DNA of 64,000 bases from Thermoanaerobaculia bacterium (GCA_046704885.1 JBJKRB010000158.1:46400-110399), one strand, 5' to 3'. Positions 38,139 to 48,370 are shown, counted from the stretch's first letter. Notes: a model not told the origin generated them from the letters alone. A program made the numbers and translations.

Positions 38139-38933
38139 ATGCGTGAGCCTCGGCTCAAGAAGCGGTTGGGTCAGCATCACCTGATCCGCGGCGACGCCTT
38201 GCAACCCCTCTTGAAATACCTCGATCCAGGCGGCAAACGAGTTCTCGAGATCGGCTCTGGAGGCGGCGCTCTGACCCGCGAGCTCGCGCGCCTCGGTGCG
38301 TTGGTGACCGCTTGGGAGATCGATCTCTCGTGGGTCTTCGCCCTGCGTTGCGCCGGCCTCCCGGAGAGCGTGCGACTCGTGGCCGGCGATGCTCTCGCCA
38401 TCGAGTGGTCGCTCCTGCCGGCCGGGACCTTGGTCGCTGGCAATCTTCCGTACAACATCGCCAGCGCGGTCCTCGACTCGATTCTCTCCCACCCGGAAGC
38501 CGTTGCACGGATTGCGGTCCTGATTCAGCGCGAGGTCGCGCTACGCCTGGTCGCCGCCCCCGGGGATTCCTCGTACGGAGCGCTCAGCGTCCTCACCCAG
38601 GCGCGGGCCCAGGTCGAGCTCTTGGGAACCGTCGAACCGGCGGCGTTTCGCCCGCGACCGCGGGTCGTCAGTGCCTTCGTCGGGCTCGTGCCCCGGCCGC
38701 TTGGATTCTCCGCTGGGGACGGGGGCTGGCCTCAGCTTCGCGCCACCGTCTTGCAGGCATTTGCTCACCGGCGCAAGACCCTGATCAATTCGTTGGCCAT
38801 CGCCTGGGGGCGGCAGAAGGCGGCAACCCTTGCCGAGAGGGCGGGATTTGCGCCGAACCTGCGTGCCGAGGAGATGGGGATCCTAGATTTCGCTCGGCTC
38901 GCCCGCCTCGAGCACGAGAGCCGAGCCTTCTGA
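38139..38933 (+). CDS. rsmA: 16S rRNA (adenine1518-N6/adenine1519-N6)-dimethyltransferase
   Basis: 264 aa. LGQHHL (LGQHFL-type) N-terminus, SAM motif VLEIGSGGGALT, NLPYNI. Confidence 0.9.
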   Translation: MREPRLKKRLGQHHLIRGDALQPLLKYLDPGGKRVLEIGSGGGALTRELARLGALVTAWEIDLSWVFALRCAGLPESVRLVAGDALAIEWSLLPAGTLVAGNLPYNIASAVLDSILSHPEAVARIAVLIQREVALRLVAAPGDSSYGALSVLTQARAQVELLGTVEPAAFRPRPRVVSAFVGLVPRPLGFSAGDGGWPQLRATVLQAFAHRRKTLINSLAIAWGRQKAATLAERAGFAPNLRAEEMGILDFARLARLEHESRAF

Positions 38934-39141
38934 GCCCCCGGACCAGAGCCTGGTCTCTTAGGGAGAACGTACTGACAATGCTAAGCTTTCCTTATCTTCG
39001 GGTTGGCCAAACAATGGTGGAGAAGGCGAACTTTCTGACTCGTGAACTCGATGGAGAAGAATCAGCGCTCACGCTCGCCGGACGCCCTCTGGTCGGGAGG
39101 GAGCGACCTGCCGGCATGAGCACGAGGAGGAGGGTAGGGAT

Positions 39142-41523
39142 TTGAGCTCACCCGGCCCGAGCAACCCGAGCAAGGCGAAGGAGCCGAGAACGTTTCTGCC
39201 GGAGAAGAAGGGACGCGAGGTGCTCGGCATTTTGCTGCTCCTCTTGGCTCTGCTACTCGCCGCCAGCCTGATCAGCTTTCACCCTTCCGATCCGAGCATC
39301 CTGCACCAGAGCACCCAGCCGGCCCGGGTGCACAACGTCATCGGAGCCTACGGCGCGGACGCGGCGGCGATTCTCTTCGGCAGCCTCGGGCTCACCGCGT
39401 TTCTCGTGCCGCTTCTTCTCTTGGTCACCGCGATCCGCAAGGTGCGCCTGCGCACGCCATCGCGGGTCGTCGGGCGCGGCCTCGGCGCGATCGTCATTCT
39501 CGGTTCGTTGCCGGCTCTCCTTCAGCTGACCCTGGGCGAGATGCACTGGATGGGATCCGGCTTGGCGGCGGGAGGAGCGGTCGGGGATCTTCTGGCGGAG
39601 AGCTTGCGCCATCACCTCGGCACGACCGGGGCGCTCTTCGTGGCGCTCGGTGCCGTGGTGATCGGCTCCACGCTTCTCGTCCAGGCCACCTTGGGCGAGA
39701 TGCTGGCGCAGTGGAATCGCCGCCTGCGTGCCTTCTGGGAGAGCTGGCGACTCGCGCGCGAGCGGCGACGTGAGCGGCGTCACAAAGAGCGCGCCCGCAA
39801 ACGCGTGGTGGCGCGACAGCTGGAGCGGGCCCGCGAGGCCGAGCCGCGGATCGTTGCTGGGGCCGAGGCGGACCCGACTTCGGCCGGCGGAGGCGAGCTC
39901 GATCTGCCGCTCCGGGTGGAAGCCAAGCCCGGGGTAGGAAGCTTCGCGGTGCGCCGGGTCGCGCCGGCTGCTGAGGAGAAGGCGAAGGCCAAGCGCAAGA
40001 GCGGGCCGCAGGCGCCGCTACCGTTCAGCGAGCAACCGCAGCTCGGCGCGAAGCTCCCTCCCCTCAATCTCTTACAGCTCGAGGCTCCACGCCCGTCGAT
40101 CGAGGAGAACGATCTCGTTCGCTTGGCGGAGACCATCCGTAGCCGCTGCGCCGAGTTCGGAGTGGAGGGAACCATAGAGGGCATCAGCCCGGGGCCGGTG
40201 ATCACCGTCTTCGAGTTTCAGCCGGCGCCGGGGGTCAAGGTCAGCCAGATCGTCAACTTGCAGGACGACTTGGCGCTGGCGCTCAAGGCCGAATCGGTGC
40301 GTATCGATCGGATTCCGGGGCGCTCGACCCTGGGCATAGAGGTTCCCAACCGCAAGCGACAGATCATTCGTCTCGGCCATCTCCTCGAGCAAGACGAGTT
40401 CCGCAAGTCGCCGTCGCTGCTGACCATGGCGATCGGAACAACGGTCGAGGGCAGGCCCTATTTCGCCGATCTCGCTTCGATGCCGCACCTGCTCGTCGCC
40501 GGCGCCACGGGCTCGGGCAAGAGCGCCGGTCTGCAGACGATGATCACCTCGATCCTCTACAAGGCGACCCGCGATCAGGTGCAGTTCATCATGATCGATC
40601 CCAAGCGCATCGAGCTCGGGGTATACGCCGATATTCCCCATCTCAAGGCAGAGGTCGTGGTGGAGCCGAAGAAGGCGGCCAACGCGCTACGCTGGGCCGT
40701 CGCCGAAATGGAACGCCGCTACCGGTTGCTGGCCGAGGTGCATGTGCGATCGATCGAGTACTACAACCGCGCCATCCTCGACCCTGAGGTCCAACAGCGC
40801 CTCTCCCTCAACGAAGAGGAGAGCCCCTTCGCGGCCGAAGACTTGAAGCCCTTGCCGTATTACGTGGTGATCATCGACGAGCTCGCCGACCTCATGGTGG
40901 TGGCGTCGGCCGAGGTCGAGTCATCGATCGCGCGCTTGGCGCAAATGGCGCGCGCGGTCGGGATTCACCTGATCGTGGCCACGCAACGCCCTTCGGTTGA
41001 TGTTCTCACCGGCACAATCAAGGCCAACTTTCCCTGCCGCATCTCGTTTGCGACCGCCAGCCGCCACGATTCACGGACGATCCTCGACCAGGTCGGATCG
41101 GAGAAGCTCTTGGGCAAGGGCGACATGCTCTTCATGCCCCCTGGGACCGCGCGCATGATGCGGCTTCATGGCGCTTACGTAAGCGAGCAGGAGACCGCGG
41201 CTCTCATTCGCTGGCTCAAGAAGCAGGGCAGGCCGGCGCTGGACCCCACGGTCGTGCAACCGCCCGAGGACGAGAGGAGCGCGACCGGGGGCGCCGCGGA
41301 CTACGACGAGCTTTTCGACGAGGCCGCGCGTCTCGTCGTTGCTGAGCGCCAGGCATCCGCCAGCTTCTTGCAGCGGCGCATGCGCATCGGATTTTCTCGC
41401 GCCGCACGCCTGATCGACATGATGGAGCAGGATGGGCTCCTAGGTCCTCCTCAAGGGAGCAAGCCGCGGGACGTCCTAGTGGGCGCCGACTATTTCGCCG
41501 AGATCGACCGCGCCCGTACCTGA
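39142..41523 (+). CDS. ftsK: DNA translocase FtsK/SpoIIIE
   Basis: TTG start 39142 with GGAGGAGGG RBS. N-terminal TM segments, Pro/Ala-rich linker, motor domain with Walker A GATGSGKS and Walker B, C-terminal gamma (winged-helix) domain. Confidence 0.9.
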   Translation: MSSPGPSNPSKAKEPRTFLPEKKGREVLGILLLLLALLLAASLISFHPSDPSILHQSTQPARVHNVIGAYGADAAAILFGSLGLTAFLVPLLLLVTAIRKVRLRTPSRVVGRGLGAIVILGSLPALLQLTLGEMHWMGSGLAAGGAVGDLLAESLRHHLGTTGALFVALGAVVIGSTLLVQATLGEMLAQWNRRLRAFWESWRLARERRRERRHKERARKRVVARQLERAREAEPRIVAGAEADPTSAGGGELDLPLRVEAKPGVGSFAVRRVAPAAEEKAKAKRKSGPQAPLPFSEQPQLGAKLPPLNLLQLEAPRPSIEENDLVRLAETIRSRCAEFGVEGTIEGISPGPVITVFEFQPAPGVKVSQIVNLQDDLALALKAESVRIDRIPGRSTLGIEVPNRKRQIIRLGHLLEQDEFRKSPSLLTMAIGTTVEGRPYFADLASMPHLLVAGATGSGKSAGLQTMITSILYKATRDQVQFIMIDPKRIELGVYADIPHLKAEVVVEPKKAANALRWAVAEMERRYRLLAEVHVRSIEYYNRAILDPEVQQRLSLNEEESPFAAEDLKPLPYYVVIIDELADLMVVASAEVESSIARLAQMARAVGIHLIVATQRPSVDVLTGTIKANFPCRISFATASRHDSRTILDQVGSEKLLGKGDMLFMPPGTARMMRLHGAYVSEQETAALIRWLKKQGRPALDPTVVQPPEDERSATGGAADYDELFDEAARLVVAERQASASFLQRRMRIGFSRAARLIDMMEQDGLLGPPQGSKPRDVLVGADYFAEIDRART

Positions 41524-41555
41524 GAGCCCCGTCCGGGCTCTGCTAGCATCCCGGC

Positions 41556-42506
41556 ATGCCTTCGATCAAGCGTCTGATCTTCTTCGGTACTCCGGAGTTT
41601 GCCGTCCCCACTCTCGCCGCTCTCCAGGAGGCGAGCTTCGTTCCGGTGCTGGTTGTCTCTCAGCCAACTCGGCGGGCGGGCCGCGGGCGTAAGCCGAAGG
41701 ATCCGCCTGTAGTGGCGTGGGCGCGGGAGCATGAGCTGGAAGTTGAGCAGACGGAGAGCGTAAAGTCCGAGGAATTTCTCGTCAAGGTCGCCACTCTCAA
41801 GCCGGATCTCGCGGTGGTCGTCGCCTTCGGGCAGATCTTTCCGCAAGCGTTGCTCGATATTCCGAAGCTCGGGGCGATCAACCTTCATGCGTCGCTTCTC
41901 CCCAAGTACCGCGGCGCCGCCCCCATCGCCGCGGCGCTTGTCGCGGGCGAGAAGAAGACCGGGGTGACCACGATGCAAATGGAAGCCGGCCTCGATAGCG
42001 GCCCGATCCTATTGCAGGAGGAAACCGAGATCTACGACTACGAGAGCGCCGGAGATCTCGCCGAGCGTCTGGCCGGTTTGGGAGCCGAGCTCATGGTCGA
42101 GACCCTGCACCAGCTGCAGAAGGGATCACTCAAGCCTCGCAAACAGCGCGATGACGCGGCGACCTACGCTCCGCGGCTATCGTCTGGAGACGGGAAGATC
42201 AATTGGGCCTTGAGCGCCGAAGAGATCGCGAACCGGATTCGGGCCTACACTCCCTGGCCTGGCGCGCATGCTCTGCTCAAGGCGACCAAGGTAAAGATCC
42301 TCTGGGCGGTGCCGATGGCTTGGGAGACGGCTCCTTTCGGACGTGCGGGCACCGTGCTCGGCGTTCGACAGGGGCGGCTCGCGGTTCTCTGCGGCGACAA
42401 CACGATCCTCGGGATCGACTCGCTCCAGCGGCCCGGCAAGCGGTCGTTACGCGCCACCGAATTCGTGAATGGAGAGAGGCTGCGGGTGGGCGACCGATTT
42501 GCTTGA
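41556..42506 (+). CDS. fmt: methionyl-tRNA formyltransferase
   Basis: 316 aa. IFFGTPEFAVP N-terminus, SLLPKYRGAAPI, HxxD formyl-transferase motif region. Confidence 0.95.
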   Translation: MPSIKRLIFFGTPEFAVPTLAALQEASFVPVLVVSQPTRRAGRGRKPKDPPVVAWAREHELEVEQTESVKSEEFLVKVATLKPDLAVVVAFGQIFPQALLDIPKLGAINLHASLLPKYRGAAPIAAALVAGEKKTGVTTMQMEAGLDSGPILLQEETEIYDYESAGDLAERLAGLGAELMVETLHQLQKGSLKPRKQRDDAATYAPRLSSGDGKINWALSAEEIANRIRAYTPWPGAHALLKATKVKILWAVPMAWETAPFGRAGTVLGVRQGRLAVLCGDNTILGIDSLQRPGKRSLRATEFVNGERLRVGDRFA

Positions 42507-42509
42507 GTC

Positions 42510-43916
42510 ATGACTCGTAATCGTCCGAGCTCGGTAGCTCCCAGAGGCAAATCTAGGCCGATCGGAAGACCGACCAGCCGAACCCCCCAGGACAACGTGC
42601 GGGTAGCGGCATGTTGGGTCATCGAGCGTTCCCTGGCGGCGTCTGCCCCCGTCGACACCTTCCTCGCGGGGGTCCTCGAACGATTCGACGAGCGCGATCG
42701 CGGACTTCTTCAAGAGCTCGTATTCGGGACCCTGCGTTGGCTCCGGCGCATCGACGACGTGTTGACGCGCGCAAGCCACCGGCCCTTCGAGAATATTGCT
42801 CCGGAGCTCAAGGCGCCGCTCCGAGTAGCCGCTTATCAGCTGCTCTTTCTCGATCGCGTGCCGGCGCACGCCGCCGTCAATGAGGCGGTGGAGGAGGCGT
42901 CGCGTCTCACCCATCGCGGCGGCGCGAGCTTCGTCAATGCCGTGTTGCGCCGCATCGCCCGCTCGCCTCGCCTGAGCGAGTGGCCAGTGAGGGAATCGGA
43001 TCCGGTTCGTCGCGCGGCGATCGAAATGAGCGCACCCGACTTCTTGGTGCGGCGCTGGGTGGCTCAGTTCGGCGAGGAGCGGACGAGACGAATCCTCGTC
43101 GCGAACAATCGCCCCAAGCCGTTCCACTTGCTGGCATTTCGGGATCGCGGTGGTCGCGAGCTTCTCGCCGAGCGCCTCATCGACGAGGGTTTCGAGGTGG
43201 AGCCATCCCTCGTTTCGCCGGTCGGTCTCACCGTTCTTTCAGGCAACCCCCTGACTTCGCCGCTCTATGACGCGGGCGAGTTCTACATCCAAGATGAGGC
43301 GAGCCAGGCGGCCGCCCTCGTCCCTCCCCCCGCTCCGCGGCAGATGGTGCTGGACGCGGCAGCCGCGCCCGGGGGCAAGAGCTTTGCCCTGTTGGCGGTG
43401 GAGCCCTCGCTCGAGCTCGTGCTCGCGGATGCGGCTCCGGCGCGGCTCGCTACCCTGCGTCAAAACCTCCACCGTCTCGGTCGCGCCCTGCCCACCGTCG
43501 CCGCGGATGCGGGCCTGCCACCTTTCGCCCGCGAGCCTCGCGCCTTCGACCGGGTCGTGATCGACCTCCCCTGCACCGGCACCGGCACCCTGCGCAAGCA
43601 CCCGGAGCTCAAATGGCGAATCAACGAGCGCGAGATCGGCCGCCTGTCGCGTCAGGCGCTTCGCCTCCTTTCCGGCGTTGCGCCGCTGGTCAAGAGTCGC
43701 GGTATCCTGGTCGCGATCACGTGCTCGCTTGAACGCGAGGAGAACGAGGACGTTGCGCGCGAGTTCCTCCAGGCTCATGGTGATTTCACCCCCGCGGAGC
43801 TCGAGGGCGATATACCGTCCGAGTATCGCGAGGGAGTCGAGGCAAAGGGAAGATGGCGGCTCTTCCCCGAGCAAGACCACGACGGTTTCACGGTTCATGT
43901 CTTCACTCGCCGTTGA
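42510..43916 (+). CDS. rsmB: 16S rRNA (cytosine967-C5)-methyltransferase RsmB (NusB-like N-domain + Fmu methyltransferase)
   Basis: 468 aa. ATGA overlap with fmt. SAM-binding DAAAAPGGKS, catalytic DLPCTGTGTLRKHPE and TCSL Cys motifs. Confidence 0.9.
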   Translation: MTRNRPSSVAPRGKSRPIGRPTSRTPQDNVRVAACWVIERSLAASAPVDTFLAGVLERFDERDRGLLQELVFGTLRWLRRIDDVLTRASHRPFENIAPELKAPLRVAAYQLLFLDRVPAHAAVNEAVEEASRLTHRGGASFVNAVLRRIARSPRLSEWPVRESDPVRRAAIEMSAPDFLVRRWVAQFGEERTRRILVANNRPKPFHLLAFRDRGGRELLAERLIDEGFEVEPSLVSPVGLTVLSGNPLTSPLYDAGEFYIQDEASQAAALVPPPAPRQMVLDAAAAPGGKSFALLAVEPSLELVLADAAPARLATLRQNLHRLGRALPTVAADAGLPPFAREPRAFDRVVIDLPCTGTGTLRKHPELKWRINEREIGRLSRQALRLLSGVAPLVKSRGILVAITCSLEREENEDVAREFLQAHGDFTPAELEGDIPSEYREGVEAKGRWRLFPEQDHDGFTVHVFTRR

Positions 43917-43995
43917 CACGAAAACCTCATTGGCGTAACGTTCGCGGCCGAGGAAACGCCCGCGTATTTCGGATCCAAACTCTGGAGGAGAATAG

Positions 43996-44286
43996 ATGGC
44001 TGGCAAAGCTGAGATTGTAGACAAGATCGCTACCACCGTAGACGGCATGACCAAGAAGCAGGCTGCCGAAGCGTTTGACTGCGTGTTCGACACGATGCGC
44101 AAGACGCTCAAGAAGGGCGATCGAGTTCAGGTTCCCGGGTTCGGTAGCTTTTCGGTTTCCAAGCGTGCCGCGCGCAAGGGACGCAACCCAGCGACGGGCG
44201 AGAAGATCACCATCAAGGCTTCGAAGAACGTTCGCTTCAAGGCTGGAGCTACGCTCAAGTCGGCACTGAATCCTGGTCGCAAGTAG
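43996..44286 (+). CDS. hup: HU-family nucleoid-associated DNA-binding protein
   Basis: 96 aa. GFGSFSV and RNPATGEKI arm signature. GGAGGAG RBS. Confidence 0.9.
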   Translation: MAGKAEIVDKIATTVDGMTKKQAAEAFDCVFDTMRKTLKKGDRVQVPGFGSFSVSKRAARKGRNPATGEKITIKASKNVRFKAGATLKSALNPGRK

Positions 44287-44311
44287 ACGACAGCTCGTCG
44301 ATCGCGCCAAG

Positions 44312-44345
44312 AACCCCGATGCATCCGCGTCGGGGTTTTCTGTCT
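44312..44345 (+). terminator. Rho-independent terminator (AACCCCGA-10nt loop-TCGGGGTT followed by TTTCTGTCTT)
   Basis: Seen in sequence immediately after the hup stop. Confidence 0.7.
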
Positions 44346-44350
44346 TCCCC

Positions 44351-45040
44351 TCAGCGCACCTGGCGATAGAGCGGAGCCAGGCGGTGCGGGGACACTCCGA
44401 AGAAGTAGAGAGCCCAGATGAGCCAATTCGTGGCGACCGTCCGTAGTACCCCGCGCTCGACGAAGCGGCGCGCGGAGGTCGTCGCGCGCATCTCGAGAAT
44501 CACGACTCGGCCCGCGCGCTTGAGACGGCGACCGAGATCCAGGTCCTCCAGGACGGGCCACTCCCGGTAGCCGCCGAGCTGATCGAAGACCGATCGCGAG
44601 ACGAATTGGGCCTGGTCGCCGAGCGGCAAGCGCGTTGCGCGCGTGCGCAGATTGACGAGGCTCTCTGCCAGACGCATGAGGCGCCCGCCGCCCTCGAACC
44701 TGACCAGGAAACCTCCGCCTACGGCACCGGCGCCGATCACTCGCCGGATGGACTCGAAGGCGCCGGATGGCAAGGCGCTGTCGGCGTGGAGGAAGAGGAG
44801 GATCTCGCTGGAAGAGGCAGCGGCACCACGATCGAGCTGGATCCCGCGACCAGACGAGCCGCTGATTACGGGGACTCCGAGGGTCTGGGCCACTTCCTTG
44901 GTCCGGTCCTGGCTGCCTCCGTCACTGACCGTGACCGAGACGCGAGCGTCGCACAAGGCCAGCAGTGCGGGCAGGCTTCGTTTGAGTGCTTCTTCTTCGT
45001 TGAGAGTAGGAACGATGACCGCTATTCGAGCTTCGGTCAA
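44351..45040 (-). CDS. family 2 glycosyltransferase (small single-domain GT-A)
   Basis: TTG start. AVIVPTLNEEE N-terminus, DGGSQDRT (DxD-like region), C-terminal amphipathic segment. Confidence 0.7.
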   Translation of the reverse strand: MTEARIAVIVPTLNEEEALKRSLPALLALCDARVSVTVSDGGSQDRTKEVAQTLGVPVISGSSGRGIQLDRGAAASSSEILLFLHADSALPSGAFESIRRVIGAGAVGGGFLVRFEGGGRLMRLAESLVNLRTRATRLPLGDQAQFVSRSVFDQLGGYREWPVLEDLDLGRRLKRAGRVVILEMRATTSARRFVERGVLRTVATNWLIWALYFFGVSPHRLAPLYRQVR

Positions 45041-45071
45041 GACGGTTGGATGCTAGCATAGCGATTCATCG

Positions 45072-45545
45072 ATGCCGACCTCGGACGACTTCTCCCATCT
45101 CGATCTCGCCGGTCGTCTGCGCATGGTCGATGTCTCCGAAAAGGAGGTCACCAGGCGGGTCGCCGAAGCCTCATGCAAAGTCTTGCTGGCGCCTGAGGTC
45201 GTGGCGCGGATCGAGGATCTTCCCAAGGGAGACGCCCTTGCCGCGGCACGATTGGCGGGAGTCCAGGGAGCGAAGCGCACCGCCGAGCTCATTCCGCTGG
45301 CCCATCCGTTGCCGCTCGAGCAGATCGTGATCGAGATCGAGCCGGGCGACGATGGCGTGACGATCCGCAGCAGGGTGGTCGTTACCGGCAAGACGGGCGC
45401 TGAGCTCGAGGCTCTCGTCGCGTGCAGCACCGCGGCCCTCACCCTCTACGACATGGTGAAAGCGGTGGAGCGGGGTGCGGTAATCACTGATCTGCGCTTG
45501 GACGCCAAGAGTGGCGGAAGAAGCGGCGACTACCGGCGCCCCTGA
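45072..45545 (+). CDS. moaC: cyclic pyranopterin monophosphate synthase MoaC
   Basis: 157 aa. HLD...MVDVSEKEVTRRVA N-terminus, GDALAAARLAG(V/I), TGKTG and CSTAALTLYDM blocks typical of MoaC. Confidence 0.9.
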   Translation: MPTSDDFSHLDLAGRLRMVDVSEKEVTRRVAEASCKVLLAPEVVARIEDLPKGDALAAARLAGVQGAKRTAELIPLAHPLPLEQIVIEIEPGDDGVTIRSRVVVTGKTGAELEALVACSTAALTLYDMVKAVERGAVITDLRLDAKSGGRSGDYRRP

Positions 45546-45552
45546 GCCGAAG

Positions 45553-46731
45553 ATGCTCCTTACTGGCCTCGATCGCTTGCTGAGCGCTCCTCGCGAGCTT
45601 GCGGGCCGCCGTTTCGGCGTCCTCGCGCACGCCGCCTCGCTGAGCTCGGAGCTCACTCCGATTCATCTCGCCCTGGTAGCTGCCGACGTGGCGCCGGCCG
45701 TCCTCTTCGGTCCCGAGCACGGTTTCTACGGCGTCGAGCAGGACATGGTGCCGCTCGGCGACCTGAGGGATCCGTGGACCGGCGTGACTATCCGTTCCCT
45801 TTATGGCAACCACGAGGCGAGCCTCCGTCCCTCTCCGGATGCATTCGCTGACCTTGAGCTGTTGATCATCGACCTGCAGGACATCGGATCCCGTTATTAC
45901 ACTTTCGCGGCGACCGCGGTGTGGAGCGCGGCGGTGGCGCTCGAGTCGGGGGTCGAGGTCTGGGTTCTGGACCGTCCCAACCCACTCGGCGGGATGGTCA
46001 TCGAAGGAAATCTGCGCCGCCCGGACTACCAATCCTTCGTCGGCGCCTTCGCCGTTCCAGTTAGGCACGGCCTCACTCTTGGAGAGCTCGTGCTGCTCGA
46101 GGCGAAGCGCCAAGGCTGGGAGGAGCGGCCCCGGGTCTTCACCGTCGAGGGGTGGAGCCGCGAAGCGCTTTGGCCCGAGCTCGGGCGTCCCTGGGTTGCG
46201 CCCTCGCCCAACATGCCGACGTTCGATACCGCCCTCGTCTATCCGGGGAGCTGCCTCGTCGAGGCGACGGAGCTCTCGGAGGGACGGGGAACGACACGGC
46301 CCTTCGAGCGGATCGGAGCGCCTGGGCTCGAGCCGCGGCCGCTTGCGGAGCGGCTGAACAGCGCCGAGCTTCCCGGCGTCCGCTTCGTTCCGGTCTACTT
46401 CAAGCCGCAGTATCAAAAGCACTCCGGCGTGACCTGTGGTGGCATCGAGGTCGTGGTCACGGATCCCGCTGGCTTCCGATCCTTTCGCACCGGCGTCGAG
46501 CTTCTGACCGCCATCGCCGAGCTCCAGCCCGAGGCTCTCGCCTGGCGGCGGGATCCCTACGAGTTTGTGAGCGATCGTCCGGCCATCGATCTGCTCTCTG
46601 GCGACGTCAAGCTGCGGCGGGGGCTTGAAGGCCGCGAGCAGCTCTCCGCCTGGATCGAATCGTGGGAGGAGGACGAGGCGGCGTTTCGCGAGGAGCGGCG
46701 CTCGATCCTCCTCTATCCGGAGGAAGCGTGA
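45553..46731 (+). CDS. DUF1343-family protein (exo-beta-N-acetylmuramidase NamZ/YbbC-like)
   Basis: Start set to ATG 45553 just after the moaC stop. DLQDIGSRYYTF and downstream blocks characteristic of DUF1343. Confidence 0.78.
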   Translation: MLLTGLDRLLSAPRELAGRRFGVLAHAASLSSELTPIHLALVAADVAPAVLFGPEHGFYGVEQDMVPLGDLRDPWTGVTIRSLYGNHEASLRPSPDAFADLELLIIDLQDIGSRYYTFAATAVWSAAVALESGVEVWVLDRPNPLGGMVIEGNLRRPDYQSFVGAFAVPVRHGLTLGELVLLEAKRQGWEERPRVFTVEGWSREALWPELGRPWVAPSPNMPTFDTALVYPGSCLVEATELSEGRGTTRPFERIGAPGLEPRPLAERLNSAELPGVRFVPVYFKPQYQKHSGVTCGGIEVVVTDPAGFRSFRTGVELLTAIAELQPEALAWRRDPYEFVSDRPAIDLLSGDVKLRRGLEGREQLSAWIESWEEDEAAFREERRSILLYPEEA

Positions 46732-47207
46732 AGCGCCCGCACCTGTGGGCGGTCGACGGCCCGCCCGGTGACTACGAGTCTCTGATGAGGGCCGCATCCA
46801 TCCAGGATCTGCGCGTCGGCTGGCTGCGGATGGCCGAGGAGGCAACGCCTCCGGCGGCGCTCGCCGATGCGGCTTCTTCGGGGGCGCGGCGCGCCGTCGC
46901 CGTCGCTCCCGGTTGGACGGTGAGCGCCAAGAGGCGCAAGGGAGAGGCGGTGCTCGACGATCTCTTGCGCGAGCACTTTCTCGGCTGCCGTCTCGTTCTG
47001 ATTGCGGGCACTCCGCCACCGGAGACGCCGGAGCTCCCTCGCCTGAGCCGGGTGAACGCGTCCTCCCAGGGTGGAGCGCCCGATATCGCCTCCCCCGACG
47101 CTGCCCTCTGGCGCCTCGCTTCGCCTCATGAGGCCAGTGACTCCAGCGCGAGCGCCACCCTCACCACCGAAGACCTCCTCGCCCGCCTCCGCCGACCCAC
47201 TCGTTGA
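46728..47207 (+). CDS. hypothetical protein (159 aa), GTG start overlapping upstream stop
   Basis: In-frame GTGA overlap with the DUF1343 gene. Fills the gap before the serC-like gene. No recognisable motifs, Ala/Pro-rich. Could be non-coding. Confidence 0.3.
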   Translation: MKRPHLWAVDGPPGDYESLMRAASIQDLRVGWLRMAEEATPPAALADAASSGARRAVAVAPGWTVSAKRRKGEAVLDDLLREHFLGCRLVLIAGTPPPETPELPRLSRVNASSQGGAPDIASPDAALWRLASPHEASDSSASATLTTEDLLARLRRPTR

Positions 47208-47282
47208 GACCGGTCCCGTTTGACCGCGCTCGCGGCCGGTGCCACAATCCGGGCCGAGAATGATCGGCTTCGAGAGGGCGAC

Positions 47283-48356
47283 ATGAGCGACACCATCCAC
47301 TTCTTTCTCCCTGGCCCCACCTTCGTGCCGGACGACGCCCGCGAGGCCCTCGGCCGGCCGCTCATGGGGCACCGGTCGACGGCCTTTCGCGAGCTCTACG
47401 AGCGGGTGACTCCGCGTCTCGCCAAGGTCTTTCGCACCGAGGGGCCGGCGATGCTCGAGACCGGGAGCGCCACCCTGGTGATGGAGAGCGCCATCCTCTC
47501 GATGGTGGAGGAGAGCGTCCTGAACCTGACCTGCGGCGCTTTCTCGGAGCGTTGGCACGAGATCAGCCGAGCCTGCGGCAAAGACGCTGATCGAATCGCC
47601 GTCCCTTGGGGGCAGGCGGTCACCCCCGATCTGGTTCGTAGCGCTCTGCGCCGCAAACGCTACGAGGCCGTGACCGTGGTGCACAGCGAGACTTCGACCG
47701 GAGTCCTCAATCCACTCGAAGAGATCGCTGCGGTGATTCACGAGGAGAGCGACGCTCTGGTCCTGGTCGACACCGTATCCTCGCTCGCCGGAGCGCGGGT
47801 GGAGACCGATGGTTGGGGTCTCGACGTCGTTCTCGCGGGAGCGCAGAAGGCCCTGGCCGTTCCCCCCGGCCTCGCGGTCTTCGCGCTTTCGGCGCGCGCC
47901 GCTGAGCGCGCTTCGAAGGTCCGGCGGCGCGGGTTCTACACCGATCTGCTGCGGGCCCGCGACGAGCACCTGAAAGGGGGTACGCTCGCCACTCCCGCCA
48001 TGCCCCAGATCTTCGCGCTCGACGTCCAGCTCGAGCGCATTCTGGCGGAGGGGCTCGAAGCGCGCTGGAGCCGTCACCTCGCACTTCGCGACCAGCTTGC
48101 CGAGTGGGCCGAGGACCACGGATTCACCATTCCCGCCGCCGAAGGTTTCCATTCCCCCACCGTAACGTGTCTCGAGCCTCCGGAAGGCTGGCAGGCACTC
48201 GACCTCGTCACTCGCCTGGCGGAGCGCGGTTGGACCGTAGCGAGCGGCTACGGCGAGTGGCGTACCAAGACCTTTCGCATCGGACACATGGGCGAGATTC
48301 AGCCCACCGACCTCGGCGCCCTCCTGGACGCGCTCGAAACCGTCGTCGCGAGCTGA
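47283..48356 (+). CDS. class V PLP aminotransferase (serine-pyruvate/alanine-glyoxylate AT family); probable phosphoserine aminotransferase given position upstream of serA
   Basis: Start set to ATG 47283 (GAGAGGG RBS). PLP-lysine context AGAQKALAVPPG. Overall AGXT-like architecture. Functional call is inference from synteny. Confidence 0.75.
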   Translation: MSDTIHFFLPGPTFVPDDAREALGRPLMGHRSTAFRELYERVTPRLAKVFRTEGPAMLETGSATLVMESAILSMVEESVLNLTCGAFSERWHEISRACGKDADRIAVPWGQAVTPDLVRSALRRKRYEAVTVVHSETSTGVLNPLEEIAAVIHEESDALVLVDTVSSLAGARVETDGWGLDVVLAGAQKALAVPPGLAVFALSARAAERASKVRRRGFYTDLLRARDEHLKGGTLATPAMPQIFALDVQLERILAEGLEARWSRHLALRDQLAEWAEDHGFTIPAAEGFHSPTVTCLEPPEGWQALDLVTRLAERGWTVASGYGEWRTKTFRIGHMGEIQPTDLGALLDALETVVAS

Positions 48357-48370
48357 CGGGAGCGACGGCG

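Noticed and set aside
46713-48287. 524-aa minus-strand ORF
   Set aside because: Antisense of the class V aminotransferase gene. Gly/Arg-rich translation without motifs.
48104-48370. 89-codon N-terminal extension of serA in the ORF track
   Set aside because: Arg/Pro-rich junk upstream of the conserved MPDLRYRVLLADS start. The internal ATG 48371 fits SerA alignments.
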